A stretch of DNA of 63,480 nucleotides, filler included, from Guillardia theta CCMP2712 (taxonomy: Eukaryota > Protista > Cryptophyta), in assembly GCF_000315625.1 (NCBI RefSeq). It is 5 parts of 5 records of this genome, joined end to end, with 100 filler letters (N's around TTAATTAATTAA, not from the genome) between each part and the next. Parts side by side here need not be neighbours in the genome. Positions count along the whole stretch, not along the records: positions 1 to 20,367 come from NW_005434550.1; 4 more parts are not named here. One strand, given 5' to 3'. Within the stretch, counting starts at the first letter, position 1. Every line of letters starts with the position of its first letter. The position numbers and the translations under genes were made by a program. The notes under the pieces were generated by a model that saw nothing but the letters and a program-made list of their open reading frames with translations, did no database searches and was not told the origin of the DNA. Below are positions 1 to 11,228 of the stretch, in pieces.

Positions 1-549
1 TCTCCTCTGTCCTACGCTTGACTTCGCTAGCTCTTCCCCCCCTTCCCCTCTCTCCTTCCTCTGCTCCTCTCCTCCATTTCCCTCCTGCCTCTGCTCCTCT
101 TCCCTCCTCCAAGTCTTACCATGTTCTCTCCTCCAGCGCTCTCAGCCTCTCCAAGACCTTCAAGCTCAATCGCACGCATATGCGGCAGGAGCAGATCGAG
201 GAGGCAAGTCCAGTTACTTCCTCCTCCTCTCCTCTCCTCTCCTCCTCCTCCACCACCAACACCTTCTCCTTCTGTACTCTCTGCTCTTCCCCCCCCCCTC
301 CTCCTCCACGTTCTCTCTCCTCTCCCCCTCCACCATCCCTTCTGACATCTCGCAGGATGCCTTCCTCAAGCCCGACGCCAACATCCTCAGCGATCTGCAT
401 GCTCTTCACGAGTCGATGAAGTACGCGTGAGAGGAGGCAATGCCGCCCGTTCTACCTCCCTCCAAGGACCCCCCTCCGCTGCTCCCTCCTTCCCCTCCGA
501 CAGGGATCTTTCTCTCCTCCCCTCCTCCTTCCTCATCTCAACGACTACA

Positions 550-3500
550 TTAGCTAAGTTTATATGGTACAAGACGCCTCATCCCTTCATCGTGAACGCG
601 TTCTGCAGCAGGTGCTTGGTGGGAAACTCGATGTTGTTCATCAGCCTTGACTCCACTGCCGTCCTCCTGAAACTTTTCTGCTGGTGCTGCTCCTCCTCGT
701 TCCTCAGCTCCACATGCACCACCTGCGTCTCTCCCGTCAGGACCCTTTTCCTCTGCCTCTGCCACCTCCCTCCTGCCTCTCTCCCTCCTCCTCCTCCTCC
801 CTCCCTCCCTCCCTCCCTCCTTTTCCCTCCTCCCACCTGCAAGGTCTGCCGAATCGTCTGGTCCATGAACTTTCCAGCAGCGGACAGGCGGCGGAACAGC
901 GTCAGCATCTTCTCCGCCTCCTCCCTGAACGAGTGCGACCCCAGCCTGACGATCTTGATCGCCGGCAGCTCCTCCGATATCACGACCATGATCTGCCCCA
1001 CGACCTCGTTCCACGACCACAGCGACTGCAGTAGGTGCTCGGCCCTCCCCCTCAGCTCTTCCATCATGCTCCCAGCGTGCAGCTCCTTGAACACCAGACT
1101 CTGAGAGAAGTCGATGTTCCCGGCCTCTGCCGCCGCGCTCAGCCTCCCCTCGGCAAGCAGGTTCAGGACCGTATCCTTCACCGCGCTGATGCTCTCTATC
1201 ACCTCCTTGAGGTCCTGCTCCACCTGCTCCGATGCTGCCGAGATCATACTGATCTGGTTCGGGATCAGCTTCCCACACCTCCCTCGCACCCACACATCCG
1301 CCTTGCTCTCCTCGCTGTTGTTCAGCTGCTCCTGCACCGTCGGCATGCGCTCGGCCTTCTGCAGAGCATCCACCTCCCTCCTCTGCACATCCTGCATCTC
1401 GATCAACTGCGGGTTGTCCTTCCTTAGCCCGAACGCCGCCTCCAGCATCGCCACCGCCACTTTCTGGTCATGGCGGTACGCATCCTCGAGTGGCGTTCCT
1501 CCCAGCCGATCGACCGGGTTGATGTTGATCGGCCGCTTCAGGTGCCGCAGGAGGTAGTCGAGCACAGTCGTCTCCCCGTTGGACGCCGCCAGGTGCAGAG
1601 CCGTCCTCCTATCCGCGTCTGCCGCGTCCGGGTTTGCGCTGTTCCTGATCAGAGCTCGCAGCTGCGAAACGTCACCCTTGGCTGCTGCAGTGCACAGCTC
1701 CACAGCGATGTCCATGCCCAGCAGCTGCCCACCAGCCTCCCTCAGCATGTCCTGGATGTTCGTATGGCAGTGGACGAGCGCGTCGCACAGCGGCGTCCTC
1801 CCCAGCCGATCTCGGCAGTTGACGTCGGCAGACTTGCTCAGCAGGTACTTCACCACGTCCTCGTGCCCCTCGCATGCAGCCAGGTGCAGCGCCGTCCTCA
1901 GGTCGTAGTTTGACTCGTTGACGTTGATCCCGTTGGAGATCAGCCGCTCGATGTCCGCCAGCTTCCCGTGGAAAGCATGACTGCACAGCAATACTCCTGC
2001 CTCCTTGCCCGGGAAGTTGAGCGCCTGGTTCTGCGAGCGGAGGATGGCAGCGACGTGGTCTTGACCATGTCGAACGGCATCGTTGAGGGGAGTGTTCCCG
2101 TACTTGTCCCGCAAAGACACACTCGCCGAGTTGGTGATGAGCAGCTTCACAGCGTCGAGTTTCCCCTCGCAGGCTGCAACGTGCAGTGCAGTCCTGCCGT
2201 TTGAGTCCGTCTCGTCCACGTTAAGCCCGATCCTGAGGAACCTCAGCATCTTCTCCAGTTCCCCTCTCGATGATGCTCCGCAGAACGCAGCCACGTGCTC
2301 CGTCTTCCTCCTCTGGTTCAGGAACGCGACCTTCTGCTCGATGTTGGACAGGATGATCGCATCGTAATTGTTGTCCTCCTGCACCGACTGCCTGTACTCC
2401 GTCGTCAAACTCTTCTCGTCCGCTTCGTCCGCAGATTTCGCTTCATCCTCAAGTGCGCTGAACGCCGAAGGCGCCGCGAAGCTCGCTATGCTCTTCCCAT
2501 GTCTGCTCGTCCCCGCCGCGCTCCTCGCATGCTTCGTCAGCTGGAACTGCCGCAGTGCATTCTGAGCCACCAGCTCCTCGTCGTCTGGGTACGCCTCCAG
2601 GATCGGCATGAGCTGCGATCGGACGAGGCGGAGGCAGACGGCGCCTTGCCCGCTGCTCGCGCGAGCCGCATGAATATGGCGCATGCCGAAGAAGAAGCTC
2701 AAGTCTCCGACCGACTCCCCGGGCCCGATGTTCTTGTCCAGCACCGAGAAGCCGTCGTTGTCCTGCACCAGCTGGTCTACAGCCCCGGCGATCACGAAGA
2801 ACATCTCGTGGGCAACCATGTTCGACTGGTACAGGAACTCGTCCGAGGCGAAGTGCATCTCTCTCAGGAGCCCCTGGATGTTTGCCTTCAGCTGGGGACT
2901 GCAGGAGCGGAACAGCGCGACGTTGTCAAGGCACTCGCGCGTCATGGTGGAGGACATCTCGAGCCTCAGGGAGTGCGAGACCGAGTCGAAGATCTCAGAA
3001 GCGCTGATGAAGTTACTCCCTCCTGACGTCCCCTGGAAGTAGCGGCGGATCTCAAGCTTCAGGTCGCTCGGCAGGTCGAAGCCCTGCAAGTAGCTCTCCA
3101 CCGCCCCCAGCTCCTCCCTTGCCTTGAGCAGGCGCTCGTCTCCCTTCAGCACACCAGCAGAGATCTCTCCGATCACGTAGTTGAACACGGTCAGGTTGAT
3201 GCAGAGGAGGAAGAGGGCGTAGAAGATCTCGCCGTTGTTCTGCGGCAACATGTCTCCGATCACTCCTGTCGCTGACACGGTGCTCGAGATCCAGTAGAGG
3301 GAGAGAAGATAACGATCCCACGTCCCGGAGCTGTTGGACAAGTACATCCCGTACATGCTGTAGTCGTAGTTCCCCGACACCGCCGCTCCTCCTCCTCCTC
3401 GACGCGCTTGCCCTGCGGGCAGGTACCTGCGAGCACGCGCGAGTCAGCAGATTCCCTCATGCAGGGCGATGCTGTCTCACCAGGTGGGCTCGGAGCTGCT

Positions 3501-4245
3501 CATACCGAACCCTCTCCTCCCCAGGAAGTACCAGAAGCAGCTGGTGATATGCAGGATGGCGAGGATGACGAAGGCTAGCTTGATGTTCTGGTGCAGCATC
3601 ATCCAGTTGAAGAACCCGACCTTGGACTCCTTGACCACACTGAGGAAGTAGAGCATCTTGGGCATGCGGAACCAGCTACTGAGCTCCATCGAGGCCCCGC
3701 TCACCCACCCGAACCAGTCGAAGGGGGCAGCGCACGTCATGTCCAGCCAGAAGTCATGGCCGAGGTAGTGCCGCATGATCTTCCTCCGCTCCGAGACCCA
3801 GCGGGACCTGTCGGGGAGGGGGAGAGAGGACCGTCAGGGCAAGCATGGGCAGGGCAATGTCAAGGGCTCACTGTTTGTTCATGTAGGCGATGTTGAACGA
3901 CACCAGCACGTTGGCGAACACCAGCCCGTCCAGGACCAGCTCGGAGGAGAGGAACGAGGAGTTGGTGAGCTTGTCGTAGGGGAGGAAAGCGATCTGGGCA
4001 GGGACGTAGAGAAAGTAGGCAATGGCGCATATCTGCTGGATGGTCCTCCAGATACGCATCTGGGTGGAGTAAGGGTTGAAGGCCGAGCCGAAGCCTGCCA
4101 TGAAGAACTTTTCCTTCCCGATGTTGGACGCCCGCTTCTCTCGCAGAGTGCGCTCGATGTCTGGGTAGGAGACCGAAATTCCCTTGACACCATCAGGAGA
4201 AAACAGCTGGAGGGAACGTGAGCTCCCTCGCATGCGGCACATCAA
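550..4245 (-). CDS. Shaker/AKT-like 6TM channel repeat II + CNBD + ankyrin repeats (3' part; last exons may extend to about 116)
   Basis: S1-S2 in ORF 3868-4245 (FNPYSTQMRIW), S3-S5 in ORF 3477-3776 (FWLDMTCAAPFDW). ORF 579-3380 holds the pore (SLYWISSTVSATGVIGDMLP), S6, CNBD and about 9 ankyrin repeats. Confidence 0.85.
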
Positions 4246-4249
4246 CGGG

Positions 4250-6494
4250 TGTCACCTCCATGAACTCGTCGACGTGATAGTCGGCGATGTTGTCTTGGAG
4301 GTCCAGGAGCAAGAGTTGCAAGAACGACGTGACCTGCGTCACACAATCACACACGGCAAGTTCACAGCTGCGATTCACAACACCTGCTCTCGCTTCATGT
4401 GCTTGGTGGCATCTCCAACGATGGAGCAGAACGTGGGCTCGTATGCGGAGTTGAGCTCTTCGCTGAGGAGCATGGGGACGATGGAGGGATGAGTGAGGTG
4501 GAAGATCTTCTGCCGCGCCCATGCAAGCAGTTGCTCGTGCACCGGCAGCTCTTCCACAATGGGATGGACCTGGTGGATCTCGCTCTGAAAGCTCTCCAGC
4601 TGCCGCTTGCTGTCCGTCAGCATGCTCGCCGACTCCTCTGGTTCTTTCTCGCTCTTCGAGCTGATGCGGAACGATGCGGCGGCTCCTCCCTTGATCGGGT
4701 TCAGCCCGCCATGCGCATCGGAGTCGTCGATGTACTTGATCCAGCGGGAGAACCAGTCGGAGAGGGTCATGGTACTCTGGCAGAAGCTGTGGTTGAAGGC
4801 CGTCGCAAAGAAATTCTGCCCGACCTGCAAACTTGGAGTGAGCGCTAAGACAAGCATCCAGGTAATCAGACAGGTCGAGGGTAGCACAAGACAGGTAGAT
4901 GGAAGGGTGGTTGAGGTGGAGGGAGGGTGGTGGACAGGGTGAGACTGGGAGTGATAGGTGGGTGTGCCAACCTCGCCGAGGAACTCCTTGATGCTCGCAA
5001 CTTCATCGTACTCGATCGTTGGCAACCCGGCGGAAAAAAGTTCCCATGCTGCCTCGATCACCTGTACCCCGCTCTCTATGATCTTCCTCGTGTCATCGGG
5101 CGCGATTATCCTCTGCCGGCTCCGCTTGCTCGTCCGTGCGATCCCTCGCCATACAGAGAGGCACAGGACGAGGGACGTGCTCAGGTCGAGGCGAGACTTG
5201 TCGAAGTGGTTGTGGATGGTATCCATCAGACCTCTCACTGTCATCTCTTCGCCCTGAGGCTGACTCGAATCTCGAGGCATCAGGAGCGAGGCCTGCTCTG
5301 CGTTCTCCGCCTGCTGTGCCTGGATCGAGTCTTTCAAGATCTCCTTCTCGAACTTGTCAAAGTCCGAGTCACGCGTCAGCGCATGAGCGAACGGCACGAC
5401 CATCTGCGTCTTCGCCTGCACAAACGTCATCGTTAGCTATGGAGAGAGCCCAGCAACCAGCACGCCCCCACCTGCAGGATGATCGACAGGTCGGACTTTG
5501 ACACCTCGTACAACTCCACTTTAGTGACCGCGCGCATCATCAGGAGCGGAGCGAATCCTGTGAGCAGGAAGACTTCCCCGAAGATGGTGTTGGGCCCGTA
5601 CTCCAGCCTCACACAGATATCCTTCCCATCGTTGTGGAGCATCGTTCGAATCCGTCCCTTGATCACGAAGTACATGCAGGGCTCCTTGCAGCGGTACTTT
5701 CCTCCCTCTTCCAGCGTCACGTTCTTGCAGCGCCATGCGAGGAACTGAAGGTCGGAGAAGGACAGGACGCTGAGGACGCTCGACTTGACAAGAGTGGAGA
5801 GACGGGCCGAGTGCTCGTCCGAGTTGCGACACAGCAGCTCCCTGAACTTGCTGGAGCGGCACAGGAGGGTCTCAGGTGTCACGGCCGGGTGAGGGAGTCT
5901 GAGAGTATCCTCATCCTTGAAGTGCCGGACTTCCGCAAGCAGCTCGCGAAGGTCAGCAGGAGTAGCATCCAGCCGCATCATCTCCAACACCTTCACGATC
6001 TTGTCCATCGTGACGTAGAGCCCATCGGCATATCCCGACCCAGCGTTGGTCGTGACTGCAGCCTTCTCTCCCACCGATGCGAAGATGTTGGAGAGCTCGC
6101 TCCACGCGTCCTCAACCCGGTTGAGGTTCATCAGGCACTTGTTGAACTCCTTTGCCAACCCGATCCTGCCGTACCTGCTGTCTCTTCCTCTCTTCTCCAT
6201 CGAGGCGACGATACGATCCAGCTCTTCGTAGAGTGCGAGAGCTTCGGTGTCGACGACGTTCTGGATGTACTGTGTGGTATCAATGTCATTCTCCAGCTTG
6301 TTGAAGAACTCCTTGGCTGTGACTTCAGCTCCCTCCTTCTTCATCTCTATCACAGCTGCCACCTCCTGCTGCAGCCCTTCCATCTTGCAGCTGTTGATGC
6401 CATCAGCAACCTGCGCACAGAGGATGATGCAGTTCTTCAGGGACTCATAGAGCTGTTGCTGGGGTTTGATCGCTTCGTCAAACAGGTCAGACAC
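4250..6494 (-). CDS. Linker exons with an additional cyclic-nucleotide-binding-like domain, probably part of the same channel gene
   Basis: ORF 5433-6494 ends in a CNBD-like segment (MYFVIKGRI...FGEVFLLTG...MRAVTKVELYEV), followed by a GT..AG intron into ORF 4375-5430. Confidence 0.6.
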
Positions 6495-9400
6495 TGCTTG
6501 AACAGAGCTCTGATCTCATTCGCCAGGCCAATCATGGACAGTGTGGTCTCTCTCGCGATCAGAAACTCCTGCATGGTCGGCCTCTTCGGCTTCATGTTGT
6601 CGAGGCCCTGCGAGATGAGGTTCTTGATCACCTTACGCACTTCCTCCATGTCCAGCTCGTCTATCTGCTTGATCGCTTCTCTTCCTTCCTCCGTGTCTGC
6701 GTAGATCCCAATTTTCCCCCCCATCGACTTGATCAGCTTGGCGCACATCAGATGCCTGATGGTTCCTCCCTTGATGCAATCGTCCAGAGGCGTACAGCCC
6801 CACCTGTCCATCCTGTTGGGGTTCGCACTTGCGCCCAGCAGGTAAGAGACAGCAAGTATCCTCCCTTTGAGAGCCGCCAAGTGCAGAGGACAGCGATTGT
6901 CATAGTTCCCGGTATCTGCAAGACCATAACGTTACAGACTGTAACCCCCACCTCAACATAGGACTAAGACGTTCAGAAGGAAGCGGAACCAACCTGGATC
7001 GATGCCACAGCGCCGGAGCAGCCGCAAGTGACGCACGTCTCCTTCCGAAGCAGCTTCGCAGGCCTCCAACGGACCAGACCCTTCCTTCATCAGTCCGTCC
7101 TTGGCCCGAATCTCTTCGGCAACCTGCACGTGGCCTGCTGCTACAGCGGCTTGAAGTGGCGTGAACTTCCACCTGCGTCAAACACGATCAGGGTCAGAGT
7201 TATCCCGACAGCCTCCCTTCCCACCTGTCCACCACGTTAACGTTGCTTCCTTTGGCTATCAGGTATTCAACGATCTTGTCGTATCCCTCTGAGGCTGCAA
7301 CATGAAGGGGGGTGCGCATGTCGCAATCGCTAACGTTGGGATCGACCCCATGCTCTAGCCACAACTTCAGAGTCTCCAGGTCACCTTGACTGGCAGCCGT
7401 GCACAGGCGCGAGGATGCGTTCTCAGTGTTCAGAGTTGACTTCCACTGCACAAGGAGCTGTACCACAGGCCCTTGGTTCGCGTTCACAGCATCCTGCAGG
7501 GGAGTGTTGCCCCATCGGTCCTTCTGGTTCTTGTCTGCTCCCTCCTCCAGCAGCAACTCGACCACCCTGTAGTTGCCTTCTGCCGCAGCCATGTGCATGA
7601 TAGTCTTGCCATCATAGTTGCAGGCGTTGATTCCGACTCCCTTCCGCAGCATCCTCCTCACCTCCTCTAGATCTCCCGCTGTCGCTGCGTAGCTGAGGGA
7701 CAGGAAAGACTCTTCTCGCCTTCTCTTGACAGTATCTTTGATGAGATTGCGCAGGAAGATGGCATCCGCGTCTTCCTCCCGATCATCTGCATTTGAATCG
7801 ACATCAGCAAGGTCGTTGCCATCCTTGTCAAGATTGAAGGATTGAAGGATGTTGTTGCTGATGATCTCATGTTGCTCAGGGTAGTTCTTGAAGAGCTCCT
7901 CTGCAGATTCCTTGCTGAGCACCAGAAGCTCAATGTCAGTGTCGTACGGTGCTCTGACTGAGTACTGCTGTTGGACACCAAGGAAAAATGAAACTTCACC
8001 GATCACTGAAGGATCTTCTACATCAGACCTCACGATTCGTTTGACAGAGTCCTCCTCGACCACCTCGGCATGGCCATCCATGACAAACGACAGCTCGAGG
8101 ACCATTTCCGACGCTCGGATGAACTGATCGCCGGGCATGAAGAACACAGGCCTGAGGAGGGTGACCAGAGCGTTGAGAAACTGAGAGTTGCACTTGTAAA
8201 AGATCCCTCCAGGCTTGCAGCATTTCTCTACCGTAGGCCGGAACCTGGAATTCGCCACCTTCACCTCCAACGACCTCGGCAGTTTCAATGCAGCCGAAGA
8301 TTTGCGCTGTACACTCTTCTTGTACTGGAACTCAAAGTGCTGTATGAGCTTCTTCCTAACGGCAGGGGCGAGCCTTCTTGCTTCCGCGAAGGCCATCACG
8401 TCTGTCATCCTCTTCTTGTGCGCCTCTGTCAACGGATCCTTTTGCGAGACAAGCAGGTAATGGAAGAGACTACCGAGGATGTACGCAGAAATGAAGATAG
8501 AATTGTACATGACCATGACTCCTAGAATCATCTCCAGCGCGTTGTTTGGCACGATTGCAATGTAGCCGATCGAAGACAAGCCGTCAAATCCCTTGTAAAG
8601 GCATAAGATGTACTTCTGGGCAATCGTGCTGTTGTATATGTCGACCTGAGGTACGAAAGCTGACACCTGATCTAGCCATGTCGTACCGGAAGAGCTCTGC
8701 ACTCGTGCTACCCAGAAATAGAGAGAGCCAATCCAATGGCTGGACATTATGATCACAAGAGCGAACTTGATCAGTTGCAGTCTACTGACAGACACTTGAA
8801 GGTTCATCTCCATCGATCTGAAATACCGAAACAACCTCAGGGCCCGCGGTATGAACCGTGGAAACATGATTATCCACCATACTACTAGCGACACAGATTC
8901 TTTGGAAAAGACGAGGAAGAACACGCTCGGCAGGAGCTCGAAGGGGAAAATGTGAAAGAAATATCGCCTTGCTATCTGCATTCTGTCGCGAATCAAAATC
9001 ATCTGATCACTGTCTGCCGCCGCACCTTGCTTTGAAGTGTGCTGTAACGCTGTATTCAAGAACCGCAACCCATCGAGCACGAACATGAGATCACAAGTAA
9101 AATCTAGCAGAAACAGCCAACTGCCGTACTCTGGGCTACCCAAAGCTAGTCGAAATCCGGCTGCCCAAAATTCGTAAGCAAGTGGGACCACAAAGAGATA
9201 GAGCCATCGTGCCGTCCAAGTACCATTCGGATCGAACAGGTCAAGTTTGAATCCCAAGGTCTGCTCTTTTGGCAGGTAAAACCTCACTCTCTGCTTCTTG
9301 AGGCTCAACCCTGAGCTAGCTAAGCGTTTTGCTTCATTCTTTAGACATGGCCTCAGATGAATCTTAGTCTTCTTGACTCGCACCCAGGAATCTGTATGAT

Positions 9401-9707
9401 TAATGGTCGAGGGAGTACGTTCAAACAGGGTTCCTATGGTAACGCTCCTCCTCCTCTCAACCACGTTTCTCTTCTCCAAGAGCTTAGCCTGCTTTGCAAG
9501 CTTCTTGTCTAGCACATGTTCCTCGAAGCTCCTCTTATGCGTGCTTGCCGTTCGCTCAAGACTGCCTGTTTTCGCAGCAGCTGCCCCGCTTGCAAGCCTT
9601 TCAAACAGAGCATCGGTAGTGACGTTGGTTTTACCCTCAGTCTGCTCCTGCAGTTGGGAAAAATCGTGCACCTGGTTGTCTTTGAATTTGATTTTGAGCT
9701 GCGGCAT
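6437..9707 (-). CDS. Shaker/AKT-like 6TM cation channel repeat I + CNBD + ankyrin repeats (5' part of a probable giant multi-exon gene)
   Basis: ORF 7200-9707: six TM segments, Arg-rich S4 (PRFIPRALRLFRYFR), pore loop LYKGFDGLSSIGYIAIVP, C-linker/CNBD (VIGEVSFF) and ankyrins (GKTIMHMAA, RTPLHVAA). Spliced continuation through 6995-7172 (WKFTPLQAAV) and 6437-6915 (DNRCPLHLAA). Confidence 0.85.
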
Positions 9708-11228
9708 GGTTGTCGCCTCTCAGTGCAGCACTGAAAAGTTATCAAAACCAGCCAAGCTCAATCCAGAGACCAATCGGCACGAGAAGTAAAGCCATAAGAA
9801 ATCAGAAAAAGGACGGATCTTTCATCCAAATCATGGTAGACTTTCTTAGATGACGATATGAAGAGCCTTTGTGAGAGCCTCCTGAATATACTCACACGTC
9901 CAGTCTTTCCTTCATGTGTTTGAGAATTCAAAGGAACCTTCTTATAGGTTTCCAATATAGCCACCCTTCCCCTCTTTCATACCCTCTTGTTTCGATTTCT
10001 CTCCCCCCACCCCTGATCTGTCTCCCTTTGTTCCATCTTCCTCCTCCCCTCTCCTCCTCGTCTCGCCAGTCTTCTTCCTACCCCGCGCTCACAGCCCAAG
10101 TGCATCAAAAGGAAAATGCCATGGTCTTCAACGCCTTGCCCTCATCCCCGCACAACTTTGTAACTCAGGTCATAGGACCATAGGACCGACTTCTAGGAAA
10201 CGAAGGTTGCAGTACGTATTTGGGTACCTAGTGTCCTATGGAGGATACCATATCTTGGTGGGCAAGAAAATAGTATTTGGCGGGGGTAGTACCCGTACTG
10301 ATTACTAACTACGGCTATGGAAGAAACTGGTAGGGATAGTCAGGTACTAATGAGGTTCCTAGGGGGTAGAGCACCTCGGTCCTAGCGACATGGACCCCCC
10401 ACCCTGGTGAGTGTTTTAACTTTCTTGCTGACATCACCCCTTGAATCAATCCTAAACCACCCCCCATTTCCATTCTTGTACCCACCAGGACCACATATCC
10501 ACCCCCTCCAAGTGACCAGACTACCACCCACAGCCCAAATCTCCCATCATCTGGGTACCCTACCCCCTTTTCAGACCTTGTTTTCCTAGTACATAGTACC
10601 CCCTCCTGGGAGCCTCACTAATCAGGTGTACCCACCCCATCGAATCATCCACTTACACCAGGGACTGTTGGGTAAAGACGTAGAGATGCCTTCTGGCTCC
10701 ACAACTGCAGTCAAAGGGTGGGGTAGTAGAATGAAAACTGGGTGGTGGGGTCGGGGTATCCGAAGGATACCTTCCTCTGATAACTAAATACTTTAGCCAA
10801 TGACGAACAGTCAATCGGGCCCGGCCGGCGTCGGCGGCTGGGTCCGGATGTACTGAGGGGGGGTTTGACTCTAGTTGAGTAAAACGTGCTGGATTCCCGC
10901 CAAATGGGCCCATGAAGCTCAGCGCCTGGGAGGGGAGGGGAGGGGAGAGGGGGGAGGGGAGAGGGTGAAGGAGAGGAGGAGGGAGAGGGAGGGAGGAGAG
11001 ACAAGGACATGGAGGAGGTGCAGGTGGATGTCGAGGTGCACATTCGTGATTGGAGCACCACTCGAGTGAAATCAAAGAGGTTACGAATCTGACATACCTT
11101 CCTTTGCTAGTTGTTCTGGTCTATGCTTTGAACAGCCGTTTAGCGTACTCGGTCCTGAAAGTGGCAGGCTGGAAGCTCTTGCAAGAGCAGTTCTTCAAAA
11201 CTCGCTGTGTGCAACATTCCATCCAGCC

